Assembly: GCF_026571515.1 (NCBI RefSeq)
Contig: NW_026862901.1
Coordinates: 1-59,623, forward strand
Reading direction: 5' to 3'
DNA length: 59,623 nucleotides
Source of the DNA: Ruditapes philippinarum
Taxonomy: Eukaryota
Position 1 is the stretch's first letter. Each line of letters begins with the position of its first letter. A model generated the notes under the pieces. The model was not told the origin of the DNA and made no database searches. It saw nothing but the letters and a program-made list of their open reading frames with translations. A program made the translations under genes and the position numbers. This document shows, piece by piece, positions 25,213 through 39,300 of the stretch.

Positions 25213-25455
25213 CTGAAACAAAAAAGAAACTTTCTCCAAGTTTCAATGTAGATATGTAAGTACAGTTTTTCAATCCTTTTGAAACTCGATTTTTACGTTG
25301 AATAAACATATCGGGCTTTTATACGGGGATTAGCTGACCGATTTTGCAAACAAAACGAGTTTTACAAGCTACTACATGTATATAAGTGTGTACATCTAAG
25401 TGGTACCCTTGAACAACTGGCACATACTTTGCGAAAGTTTTTTTTTTTGGTTCAG
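25213..25455. mobile_element. Tc1/mariner-type MITE, 243 bp
   Basis: TA|CTGAAACAAAAAAGAAACTTTC ... GAAAGTTT(T)nGGTTCAG|TA: imperfect TIRs with a TA TSD. Confidence 0.65.
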
Positions 25456-28400
25456 TATATATCCTCCAAGATAACTTAGCTATAAAAAATATATATTCGT
25501 TTTTATTTGGCTTTGATTTGTTGCAGTCGAGGAATAATTAATCAATCGATCATTGTTCGTCCTAATTTTTATCATTCTGTGTAGGCTTCATAAATAGTTA
25601 GGCGATACATCAAGTACTCATGTGGAATATGATAAAAGGTCATTACCAACAATAACAAAGAACATTCCATAACAGTACAATTCCACTGAATGTGCATCTT
25701 GAATTTGTGAGATTAGTAATATAAATCAATAACATAATGAAAGAATGTGCATATAAATGACACGACTGTTTCCTGTACATCTGAGTCTTTAGATGGAGAC
25801 AATGGGATATAGATGGAGCTAGGTTGGATCGACAATGATGTGTCATAGACATACATTGTTCTTTGCAGACAAATTACAACATTTCAAATGGAAATGATGT
25901 TCTATCTACAGATGGTTTTCCCCTCGTGCAGTTGTAAAAACGTCACGTAGACTCACGCAGAAAAACATTAGCTACGTTATTTGACTGAATCATAATTACA
26001 TAATACTGAAAGCAATAGACTAAACTTTTTATCTGATATTGTTCACTTATTGTCTAATATTTCTTTGAAGGTTATTAGCGTACAGCATGTACATGCATAA
26101 TGGTTATTCACTTTGCAAGATTCCTTTTGCGCGAAAAAAAAACATTTGGGAAGAGCGTAAATGTTAACAAATTGACATAGTATTAAAAGATAAGTGTGCT
26201 GTTTTCAAGGGAATACATTGTAAATAAATTACAATTTGATAAATTCCTTGCAGTTATTTCTTTGAATCTTTTTAGCATATTACTATTTGTAACCAAAACA
26301 AGTATAAGGGATGACAGGATAAACGTCAATGTAAACTAATATTCGTGACTAGCATTCAGTTTTGTTCATCATGTCCGTTAATTAACAAAAACACATTCCT
26401 GTGACACATTCCCTTTGCTATTCGTATATGACTTTGGCTTTGGTGCCGTTTGAGTTCCCCTCCAATTACCCTCTTGTTCTGTGCCCCACTGGATGCCTTA
26501 CAATCATTTCTCAACCAAAGCAGCAAACAGTTCTACTTCAGTATCACCCTATTGATATAACTAGATTAGCATGCGACATTTAATATGACCAATGTCATTG
26601 ACACAGTTGCAAAATATATAGGCAACTTTAGGTTATGGACCATGCTATCAGATAAATATATTATTTATCCCAGTGGAATTTGCCTTGTCAGATCAATAAC
26701 TACATAAAACTCAGATGAACACAATCGTAAAATTCTGAAACAGAGTAGGTGATTGTAGAAATAGTACTCCCAAAGGTGGCTTTTGTAATAAAATATAAAT
26801 TGTGCGTTATACTTTGAGAAAATGTTAAAGCTTCAAGGAGGAGCAACTTATTTCCTCTAATATCAAACATTAAATCTCTCTGTTTTAAAAGCGAAAGACA
26901 ATGTTTAAACACAATGAAACATATATCATATAATAAAACCGTAAAGGAAAGTTAATACGGTAAAGTTGGCAATGTTTCAGGCTTGTTTTGAGTGTGCATT
27001 TTCATTATGGATAGTGGTAAACCTATCCCCTTGGAGACTTTTGCAGTTGATGATGTAACTGTTTAGCCGATGATGATCAGCATCTTAATATTCTTACTTA
27101 AACTTGCATAAAACTATGTCTATAATTGTGTTAAAGATTGTCAAAGGAGTCTTTGCATTTGTTAATCATGAAAAGACTGTTTTTGTAGACAGAAAAAATG
27201 TTTGAATCTTACAAACATCGGTACAATACCGACTTTATTTCATATATTTCTAACTTCATATCAAATGTTTAATAAACTCAACAAATACTTTTTAAAAAAC
27301 AATATGAAGGAAAAATCATCCTCGTAATGAAATGATTTCATAGATCATAGCTTTAAAAAATTTAGAGGGAGAAAAGTAATGTATACGGGACAGGGATGTG
27401 TTGGAATATTATCATTAAGACATTATAAAAGCATTCTGGAAAGGGAGGAGGGAAGAACCCTGTAAAGCAATGAAAACAAAATTCAACTGACTTGATGTCT
27501 TTGAGTCTGTTCATGAGAGAAAATGAAAAGTGCAAAGTTTCTCGCACCCTGTCCCTCTAGCGTCGGCCTAAGCAGTATTTTACTTTAAATGTTTAAACAT
27601 TATATATTAATGATTCTGAATGAGAAGGAAAATATAACAATACTAAGATGAAGTACGAAGCAATTCTGCCAAAATACAGCAAGAATAAACTCATTTCTCA
27701 AGTAGAGCTGATCTAATGACCAACTTGTGTCTGTTTCATGTCCAATGTTACATGTGTTATCACGGATTTGGCATAAGTCAACATTGTAAATGATTTATTT
27801 GGATCAAATTGATGTAGGTGTCTGCATTCTTATTGTTATTTGTATAAAGAGAAAATATATAGATGTCAGCGTTCATTATTTGGCAAGACATTTTTCATTC
27901 CATTTATGATCTATATAGTTATATAGTTTTACCAAGATATAAATAAACTGACACATTCACTTTCGGTAACACCGCGATACAAAGTTGTTCTAAAAAGATT
28001 TTTGAAACTGTTTTAAAATGTTTTATGTTTGGACAAAAACTAAATACAATCAACTGAACTCCTTTAAAGAGATAAGAATAGAAATGTTAAAAATACTAAT
28101 ATTGTCATCTAAATTCCTACAAATTTGAAGATTTAATGAACTACAAAGATCAACCTAAATCAATACAAATAGTTTTTTTGCAGGAATATTTTGTCAGATA
28201 TCAAAGAAGCTTTGTTCTAATTTGTCATTCTTAGATTTCCTTTCTTGAAAACAGCATAATAGTTTATCATTATTAAAAACGTGTCGACTTTTTGTGTTTT
28301 TGAATTATACATTTTATGTCATTTTGATGAGTTCTTGTTGTTTTGTTAATTTTCCTTATTAAAAATATAAAAATATCTTTTCAAATACATAAAATAATTT

Positions 28401-30870
28401 TGATTAAATTTTGTTACTTTTCAAGTAAATTCATAGATGCTTAAACAAATACTCACGTGACAAAACACGAACATACATATCACTAATTGAGTGGCTGTGC
28501 ATCTATTCACTGGATTAACAGATATGAAATACAGTTTCACGTTTAAAATAAATTGATGAAAACTGGAAGCGGGTATATCTTGTGTTTTTTAAAAAAATCT
28601 ATACTGACTGGTACATCACGTGACATTGTATAAATAAGCAGGCTGTATAGATAGCACGTGCATGAATACTCAGTGCATCAAAGCTGTGATTTTATATAAA
28701 ATGGGTTAAGAAATATTCAAGCATATTGTATAATCGTTTCATATTATTGCTTAAGTAATGCCGCTTTTTTGTTATATAGATATAGTATCAAAGATAGCCA
28801 TTTAACACATTGAAATTCAAAACCAATACAAAAGAAGTAGGAAAGTTATGTTTATGCTTTGCCTCCTACAGTGTGCTTCCCATTAAATCCAAATCAGATT
28901 ATTTTCTTCCACTCGAACATTTCACCATATGACATTTTATTTTAATATTTCTATATGTTATTTTTATTTATATTAATATTTCTTTTTTTTTCTTTAATTT
29001 TTGTTTGCTTGATTGTTGGTTTGTTTTGTCTTTGTTTTATCTTTATTGTTTTTGTTTAGTTGTTGCTTTTTAAGTGTAATTTGCCAGATCAATGTTTCGA
29101 TTCATCATAATGTTTCCATTCATCTCAACTGTATGCATTTGCAGGCGGATCATTTTCATAATTGATACATTTGTTACAGACACTAGAAATGTTGTTATCC
29201 CAGTGAGAGATCACGAGCAATTTATTCAACAATACCAACTGATCACCATTTTATGTAAATAAATGATAAATGTAATCAATCTTATACCGTATTAATTGAT
29301 GAACCATTGGTAATTTATTGACATTTAATTATTTTATATCATTGTCTTAAACATTGTATGATTCTAGTGATGTTTATCAGTGTCAAAATCACATACTTTT
29401 ATTGCAGTATCTTACTAGTGTTTATTAGCTATTTGCATTTTAACATTGTAGCTGAATTGAACTGTACATCATAGAACACGGTAAAATGACGTGATCTCTG
29501 TAGCCTTCAAGTATTTAAATTTTGTTCACATTTGAAGCAATGATCTGTAAATAAAACTCGTACTTATACCAATGTCAACCAGACACAGGCTTTGTTTAAT
29601 AAACATAGATAATAGATAATGTTAAAGGGATATTTAGCATTTATGTTTTCTTTAACTGTTCTTCCCTAATTATTTGTTTATTTTATAATTACAGATATTA
29701 TACACTTAGAAAATGTAGGCTATTTTAGGCTGACTGCAAAGTAGATCGTTACAAACAAAGTAATAGTGACATTGATATATTATTTCTAGAAGTACCATAT
29801 ACATTCATTCTGTACCATGTATTTCAATGACTATGAAATATTTTTCTCATTGGTGGTTTATTACAATATGAACATTTTATGTTCCTTATTATGAAAGAAT
29901 ATAAGACAAAATAGTTGACAACGTTTCACTTCCCTAACTATTTATTCTCCATTTATTCTAGTGCTGTAAATTGAGAAATGACATCAGAGTTATTAGGTTT
30001 ATATGTAAATGCCCCGATGGTCTGATGAATAAAGTCTAGTTTCCAACTGGGGAGTGAATTATGTAGCTTCATCAAGCAGTATAATGTGCTTTTACAAAGT
30101 ACTGAATGTACTGGATGCAACATAAACATATCTTTTATATGTCTAAGTACTTAGTGACATACCAATACTCAATGTAAGGTTTTTACATTTGTACTAGTTG
30201 CCATTCACGGGGAAAACTGAAAAAATGTTCTTGGTCTGCTTAAAAGAGTGCTTAATATTTTCCCTGGTGTCCATGTTTAAATTCTCTTTCCCTTTCTACA
30301 CTAATTATTTCAAATTTACTTGTCGATTTCTTATCTTACAAAACCTTTCTTCATTGGGTGGAAAATTACATTAATTCAATGGCGAACATTGGTTTAATTG
30401 GTAGGATTAGTTGCCACCAGCAGGATAAGGGTTTAAGTCATTTAACATATATGTTGTTATAACCGTGCATGGCTCAAGAACATAAAATATTATATCTCCA
30501 ACAATTTTGCTTTGCAAATATACTTCCTTGTTATAGGATCATATATGAAATGAAAGGGTACATTGCATGGTTAAGCATTTATATATATTATGTATCTGAT
30601 AAAATCAACGACATAATCAGATTCTTAGAAGATAGAATATTATAAAGTTTAATCACGAGGTGAACGTGCTTTAGTAAAGTAGGTTGTAAATTGTTTGTAA
30701 TGCATATTTTAAAGCATTTATCTCAAACAATTATAAGTAGTTTTCAAATGTATTGTATGATTTTTAACAATTTTATTGCTCCCAGATTGCTCACTGTGTA
30801 AAGGCATAAAAACAGGCTATATTGAAGTGAAAATATGTAGGTTTAGTTTGTATATCATACAATTACATTT

Positions 30871-31967
30871 ATTTATTTTATGCTTTTCAGTGGATTACTG
30901 ATGTATCCGTGAAAATTATATTTGATAATTTCACAGTGAAAATTATCAAAATATAATTTCACACTTTTCAATGACGAAACTACTTTTTTAAGATTTTCCC
31001 CATGTGATACCTCAATTTTATTTTTGCTGACAATTCTGCCAATGTCAGGCTGTGTAAAGAAAAAGCAAAGCTGAAATTGATAAATAACTTAAATGTCAAA
31101 AGTAATAAAAAGAAGAAAACTTACTTCTATTCATTCAAATTCCAATCACCAAATTTCGTCTCTAAATTTTTTTGTTTCATTTTTACAGTCTGAAAAATAC
31201 ATTCCTTCCCCATGCAAAACTGCTCTTGATGACATTTGGGCATATTAAAGTATCCTACGAGCAATAATTGCCGTATGCTTTATGAAAAATTGAAAAGCAA
31301 TGACAGCCATCACTCGAAAAATAAGTAAAACAATCCAGCGTTCCTGAGCAAGCTTCCAAGTTTTCCATATTCCTAGCTCCTTTTTTGAATGTTTTCACAT
31401 CTGTCAACACTTATTTTTTTGTCTGTTACAATCCTCAAATAAGTTTTCTTTCTTATGGAATAATCTGTATGACTAACCAATCCAAATTATATCCCTCTGA
31501 ATCTTACACAATTATTTTCCTCCCATGAAATACACAACTTTAAAAAATGGCTGCCGCTTACATTTTACAAAGCCAGGTCTAATATAAATTCGCAGTAAGT
31601 AACAGAAATATGGATGGATGGTTGGACTTTTTGTCCTACAAGAATTGTTTGTTTTTATTATTAAAACAAGCGATCATTCATATTTTTTAATAAAATGAAT
31701 AAATATCACCGTCATTTAACGTTGATTGGTGGACTTATTTTGGAGATCAATACTTCTTGTTTTTAATGAGAAATTCCGAATAAATGGGGCTCTCAATGGG
31801 GAAAACAGATTTTAATATTAACATTAAAATTATGGAAATTTCGTTTTTACTTGTTTTTAAGCATAAAATAAAAAGAAAATTTGTTTGTTTGTTGTGTAAG
31901 ATGTAATTTTATTTCATCTCGTGAACTTTAAAAACAGCTTTCTCAAACAAACAAACAAATATCCTCT
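30871..31967. mobile_element. 1.1-kb non-autonomous insertion, possibly Crypton-like
   Basis: Empty site ACATTT|ATATGTCC in unit 1 (~20695). Ends ...AAATATCCTCT. The left end TTTATTTTATGCTT is complementary to internal AAGCATAAAATAAA (~31859). Superfamily call is tentative. Confidence 0.6.
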
Positions 31968-33176
31968 ATATGTCCCAATGGTATTTGTCTTGTCTGATCA
32001 ATAAATGCGTGAGACTCACATAAAGGTAGAATAAGAATCAACATTGTAATCAAATTCTGAAACAGAAGTTTTTTTCTGAATTTAATTGCAGGAATTGATA
32101 TTCCCACAGATCGATTTTGTAAGCTTTTATTACCGGAAATTACAAGATGCTCTTTATGCGTTCATCTTTCTGTCTTGGTGAAATGAATATTCTTTAGAAA
32201 AAAAAATCTCTTTTATACTTTTGGATGGAAGCAAAATAAGTTTTAACTATAAGTAATAAAAAGAACTCTTACTTTTTTAATGGAAGTTATTTGTTGTTTG
32301 TGAGGTATATGCCGGGAAAGGCCTTCATGGAAACTGATTATATGTTTCAAATCAATGTTGCTGTCTGGTAGATGTCCTGAAATTCTCTGCTTTTGACACT
32401 GAAAAATTATTGATATCATTTTATTACTTCACCGAAGTTTTTATTGAACTTAGTCTTATGCATTATTCATTATTTTTATTTTTACTCATTTTACTTGAAT
32501 ACAATTAAATACATTCACTGTAACGCTAAAATGTCTTCAGATAGGTAAGGGTCGGCGTTGATGACCATTTCTGTGACAGTAAGGCGTTAAAAAAAGTCTT
32601 TTATTTTGCCATATGCCGGCATCTGTGTAGTTTCCTGGTATTTTTCTTTCGAATCGTTTTTGTTTTGATCAATCTTTTCGTATTTGAAAGACGGACAAAC
32701 ATACAACTCTGCCTTTGTTAATTAATAGGGGTTTCACTTTTTCATAGTAGAATTACATTTTACATTTGTTTCGATAATTACATGGTTATTTTTACAATAT
32801 TCAAAACATTTTGTATGTTAGATAAACGAGGCTGTTATACATGTAGAATATAACTTAAACGAAAGCTACAATATAGATACGAGCTCAAAACATGTCCTTA
32901 TTTATATGTTTTAACATTGCCTTCCGACATTTGTATATCGAATGAAAATATTAATGTATAAGCTACAAACCAATGTAGTCTTAATATCATAAAATGAAAA
33001 GAAGCGTACAATTTATGAGAAACAATAACAGAGTCGAAATCAATCGATGACAGTTACACATTGCATTCTGAAGCCAACATTTAAAGCTCATTACTCATAA
33101 GAAATGCTACTTTGTTCACATTTTGCTACTTTTATGACAAGTCATTTTAGATTAAGCGCTGCATTCTTCAAATGAT

Positions 33177-33439
33177 TTGTTTGTTTGATTTGGTTTTACG
33201 GCGTTTCCAACATATTTTGAGTCATATGGCGCGAAAACAGGAAAGATGATTTTGATAAACATTGGGTGTTACAAATGAAATCAACACCAGTTGTTAAAAC
33301 CATCGCAGCTGCTGGAGCCAAGAGGTGCATAGACGCCAGTTATTCGAACCAATTAAGTCGCCTGTCTCGATCACGCAAGGATAAACGGTTCCTTAAATTC
33401 TGCCTCAATTCATATAGGCAACCCCTCAGCCACGAGGGG
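33177..33439 (-). mobile_element. SINE-like retroelement, 263 bp (family shared with 12603-13169)
   Basis: Perfect 12-bp TSD TCTTCAAATGAT (33165-33176, 33440-33451), (AAAC)n tail, 5' end CCCCTCGTGGCTGAGGGG. Confidence 0.9.
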
Positions 33440-36400
33440 TCTTCAAATGATACGTTTCTAAACTGCTCTCAAACATTTGTTTAAATGTTAAAGTCATAGT
33501 TTCCATTGTGTCCAGAATGTGACATTTGTTTAACGTTAGACCATAACCATAAATCACACAAATAGTTAATATTCATTTATTATTTATAATCTTTGTACAA
33601 TAAAAGACTTATAATTCTAAAACAATTAACCGAAATGATAGAATGTATTTTACGTGTTTACTGAAGAGGAACAATTGTTTTTTAAGTTGATACTATAAAT
33701 CATACAAAAGACGTATGTTTTGTAGTTTATTTAAGTAAAGAAAATATACACAAAGTTATTAGATATAAATATATGTGTAGTTATACATTAAGTAACAAGA
33801 TAATTGTGTATATGCAGTACATAAGACAGGCTTTTACATTATCCCTGATGTATTAGGTGATGAAATAAATCAAACTAAATGAGATGGCGATTGTTTATTT
33901 AGATTCACAACTTTTTCAATATTTAAAGTTGCTACTTTAAAGATACACACTGAAATAGTAAAGCTTTAATAGTCGTGATAGTATGATATCAGTGCAAATT
34001 TTGTGACAATAAAACGTTTTTATAGTAATATATTTTCTAATATGGTGTAGGAATAAAGTACCCAGCATCGTATTGAAAAACAGAATTACATCAGTCTTGC
34101 TTTTTATAAACTTTTCTTAAGTATAGATAAGCATTTACAAAATCAAATCCGTCAAGAACGGTGCAGCCAATTTAGTAAAATACTCATAAGTAGTTATTCG
34201 AATAACCAAAGTAAATACGTTATGATTCATTTGAAATACTGCAATCTTATTGGACAAAACTAGTTTCAAAACTGGTTGTTACAATAATTAAAAAATCTCA
34301 AATACTGTCTCAAAGATTATATAACTCGTTACATTTTAGATTTTAAGATGCACACTATTTACATAGTATATATTATAGATTTCAGGGAAAATGATATTTT
34401 TCGTCTACGAATTTCTGCTTTCAAGCAATTTCTATTATATGGAACATTAAAACTAATCACTCTCAGCGACGCGGCTTCAAATCTGTTCCTATATCTATTA
34501 TAAACACTTAATAACTGCACACTTATCACCGGGACAACGTTTAGTTCTATTTGTGTAAATTATGAGTATCAGAACCCAGACAAAATTAATAAATGTATTA
34601 GATTTAGACAAGCTCTCACATTAGTCTTGAATATTCAACAGGTTCCAAAGATCTAGTCTACAGATTAAGCAAATTGCGCCAAATTATTTTTTTACAGACG
34701 ACAAACGCCCGTTGAGATTCGAAATGGAAATGTGTCTACCAAAAGATAGAAGCAATATGGTGATTGTTGAATAGTATACTTATTCAAGTCGACATGAATT
34801 GTTTAAACCTTGGCTTTTTTATATGTCATGTGTGCAAAATGTCAATGTCTCAGTGAATATGAAAAATAAAAGGGTATGTTTACATATACGAGCATCTCTG
34901 ATAAGTTGCTCTTTAATTTAAAGGAATAAATTATTATCGGAGATTTAGAAAATCAGTTTAGTCACTCAAACATTAATCATCAAATTAAATGTATTTTTGA
35001 AATTGTACATAAATTTTGTTCAACATGTTGTATATGCTCATTATGTTAACTTGTTTAAAGTAAGTTCAGTCATCCATGTCTTTTTTGTATTTGTCATGTG
35101 TGATATGATTATAATTATGTTAATGGTATCATGTAACAAGAAACATAACTTGTTGACGTTACTCAATGAAGAATCCTCAATCTTAAATCTTATGAAAAGA
35201 ACATCCACCAGAAAATGTGCGATAATCAAGTCGATTATTAATTCAAGCTCAGTATTTCTTCTAAAATTTATCTTTCAAGGCAGTGTAGATTTCTCCAACA
35301 TGATCTTTAATTCAGTTAGTATTGAGCGGAGATTAGATTCAATCAATGTGAACATGTTATAAATATCTCTCTCGTGTTTATTTCTGAACATGCACCTTTT
35401 AAGAACATGTTTCAATTACTTGTTTTTTACTTGTATAGTTTGTTAAGTATGAAAGTAAATTGTCCTTGAAAACTTAAAGAAACATCAAACATGATTAGGT
35501 GTCTTTGTTGGAAAGATAACAAGATTATAACCGTCCTGTAACTCTGAAATGAATAAACTCTATTGCATGCTGACGTCAACAGAATACCATATGTGTCGTG
35601 GTTATATCTCAGTCCGCACTGTTCGTACTTCGATCAGTATACGAGTATATTTTAAATATTCCTTAAGAATGATGGACGTTTTTTTCAGATTAAATTATAT
35701 TTAGCGTGGTAATTGCAAGAAGATATAAAAATATATTTTAGGTATCTACAATTGGTATTATAATAATGGTCATTTTTACTAATAGTTAAAGTCTGATTAA
35801 AACTTCAAAAAAGGGTATGAAAACACTGTGATTGTATTTAGGTTGAAACAGTAAGAGTTCATTTTATATTTAATTCATTAGTTATGCAATGTCAGCTTCA
35901 AAGAAACACAGGAGATAATCTGTCACAACATGGTATATTAGGAATAAGAATCGATTAGAAAAATAACAGAGAACTACGTTAAAACTTAATTGCTTAATCA
36001 AATAATTAATAATTGTTCCAAAAGATTGGTTACAAACTAAAACGAATAATTGTATTTGATAAGTTGATTTTAAAAGTTGTGATATTCTACATTAACAGTC
36101 CATTTCTAACAAAATAAATTTAAATTTAACAGACAGCATTTAAATTTCCAGTAAGTCAAAAAACATTCGCGTCATGCTTTTTGTCTTTAAACTTTTTCTT
36201 TTAAATTATTTAATCTTAATGTATGAGTCCAGTCACATGTTGATCAAAACAAAGAAGTTTCCAATAAACAATCAACCGCGTGTTCTGTTGATATTGAATT
36301 ATTCATATTATACATGTACATGAATGTACGGAAACGAAATGTTCAAGCACCAGTTTTTTTATAGTTTAAGTTTACAATCCATCTTATCAGATCATTATGT

Positions 36401-37339
36401 GACATGAACCTATGGAACCGTTCCTTTTAAATCAATAACGGCGATGGAATCAGCTGGAGATAATACAATTATTGACACTAACATAAATGCTAAAACAGAA
36501 TTAGTGCTTCCATAATTGATTGTAGAAATATTATTCCCAAAAGAAAATTATTGTAATATTATATTAGCTTACATGACTAAAATCAATAAAAATAATATTT
36601 GGAAGTAGAAGTGACATAGGAACTAAAGTATCGTAATATCACAGGCTTACAAAATAAATGTGTTAAGAAGAATGTAACAGCGTTTTGGTATGCTTCAATG
36701 ACACTGTTTCGCTATTTGGTCCTATTGAAAGTATTAAGTTTCGAATAAAATAGATGAATAAAACGAAATTTGTTCCAACACTTTGTAGAATCCAGAATTT
36801 ATATATTGTAAAATATTTTAGTTACAGTATACTTCAGTCTCATTCATTCATATAAACAATTATATATCAAACATAAAAAACTCATTAAACTATACTATAA
36901 GACACTTTGATTAAAATCTACATGTATGACAAACAAATATTTTCATACATATATATTTTAGAAGCTACAAATTAATCTAGATGAAAAGTCACCATTTTCA
37001 GCATATTTGCAGACATATATATGCCTAAACATGTATATGTTATTGAAAAATCAACAACTATTTTACTAAAGATAATAATATCAGGATCTTAATTTATATC
37101 AAAAACACAAGCGGGAAAAACTATTCGATGTTTACAAAAACTGCTTGAATATTTTAATCTTTTCGCATTATTTTCTAAGATTCTTAGAAACATAGCAAGT
37201 TGCAAAACGTGAAAAAAAGAAATCGTTTCAACTGACTAAAGACAATATTGGTAAAGAATGAAACTTTACGTATGATTAATAGAGATTAAAATAAAATAAA
37301 TGAAATAGAGAATAAGGCATAATCAACGGCATTTTAATT

Positions 37340-39300
37340 CATAGCATGATCGCTGATTGGCCGATTGTGTTTCTGGGTTATACTTATTGTGACGACAGAA
37401 AAAGTGATAACGATAGAAAACTTCCTATTCAGGTGCTCGTTCATGGGCTCCTTTTTTCCTGGGGTTTCATCTTGTGACGACAGGGTACGTGGTTTTAACT
37501 TTGCCTGTGATAAGCCCCCCTTGTACAAATCAGATAAACGTCGTGTTTCAATGCCCTTTCTATTACACATTTTCTATCTAACAAACTCTTAATTTTAAAC
37601 ACTTCAAATATAAAAGGAAATTTGATATGATTATTTTATTTTACAATTTAAAGCACGCTTGATTTAGAAATGTATCAATTATTTCAACTGGACGAAGATT
37701 TGGATCATATACGTCTTGCTATGATCAATAGAAGGGTTATTGGAACTATGGCAGCGTTTCAGATAATATCGTTCAAGGACATATCTGCTCAGAAAATCGC
37801 CTGAGTTTGCATTTGCAATATTAATGTTGGCAAACACCATTCCGCGAATCGGTTGCAAAGTGTTATTTTACTTCATACATATATTATCCTTTTTATATCA
37901 ATTTGATAACAAAAAAGACAAATCACCAATACTAAAGACGATCAATTTCAGACAGTTATTACTGTACGAAATAAAGTGCAGTCAAAACAACTTGACTCTA
38001 ACACCGAAAAGAATTACAGACGACTTGTTTACAAGAAATGCAAGTCATTATAAAAAAATCATCTGTTATTATACAGTCATATTCGGAATATGATAATAAA
38101 GTTCAGTTAGGAGAGTGCACCGTTTACGGAATGCAGTGCCTACAAGAGACTTTGTAATTTTAAAGAAGCTTATCAGTTATTAATACTGGAAAAAAGTTAA
38201 ATGATAAAGAGTATTTTTTGCCTTAATCACAGTTACGACAATCAAAATTAAAAGATGATTTTCAGGTTTTTAAGAATTTAGGAATAAAGAGTATGTTTTG
38301 CCTGATAAATGTGTTCAATCTTAACACCGCCATCATAAGTATTGTGCAAAGAAATGACTTCGACGGTTACACAAAATTGTTCCAGTGTGAAAACATCATA
38401 AGGGCTTACAATGCGTCTGAGTGATACGAGTTTGAAGAATTCACAAATTATACATTAAATAAATACCTTGCTTTGAGATTAAATTCAGTGTGACGATATT
38501 TAATTCAAGCCTTTTGTATAACAGTTTAAATTATTAAACATTTGCTTTTGTACCATCATTAATAATTCTTTCATCGCTAAATTGAAAATCTGAATTTGTT
38601 ACATTAACCATTTCCTGGTTTGTTTAATAATATATTTCAAATTTATCAATTGTAACTCAATACTTCAACCTTACTTTAAAATGTTTGTTTTATCGCCGGA
38701 AACTGTGATACGTCTACCCTTTGGGTGGATTGCATGATAGTAATTATAAGTAATGAATTTAAAGCAAATATCACAATGCAATTGAGACAATATTAAAACT
38801 TTAATGAACTTTAAGTATTTGTCATAAACAAAACCGATATAATTTTAAAATGGTCGTATTATAAGCAAATCAATAACATTTCAAATAAATGTTATTATCA
38901 TTAACAAACTGGTAAAATTTCAAAATAGATTGTGTTATCAAAAGATATGTCAGCCTTTGAAAAATTATTGCCTTTGGTTATAATTTTAAAACATAACCTT
39001 TGAAAAATCATAACCAAAAACCAAACACACATCCTTTGTAAATGCAGTATATATACCTTAACTAGAAACCTTTTGGGAGAAAGGCAGTATAGTTACACTA
39101 ACAACTTATATAGGCTTAGTGTGTTAATATGGTTGTTTATCAAAGAAATACTTTGTATGTCCCAAATGTATATATTTTGTCGATTCCTAATGAGCTGACA
39201 GATGACAACAGGTCTACAAATGACACAATGATAAAACCCTAGAACAAAATCTGATTGTAGAAATATTACTCCCAAAGGCGCGTATTGTAATTCATGTCAT
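37340..39300 (+). repeat. Older diverged duplication, paralogous to ~42870-45250
   Basis: Colinear anchors at 37345/42870, 37520/43045, 37905/43472, 39070/45025 and 39252/45210. Confidence 0.75.

Larger units (their letters stand above)
24296..37147 (+). repeat. Tandem segmental duplication, unit 2 (~12.9 kb, extra insertions)
   Basis: Begins TGACAATGACAATTTGTCA, matching the unit-1 start TGCCAATGACAATTTGTCA. Ends ...TACAAAAACTGCTTG, matching unit-1 ...TACAAAAACAGCCTG. Confidence 0.95.
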
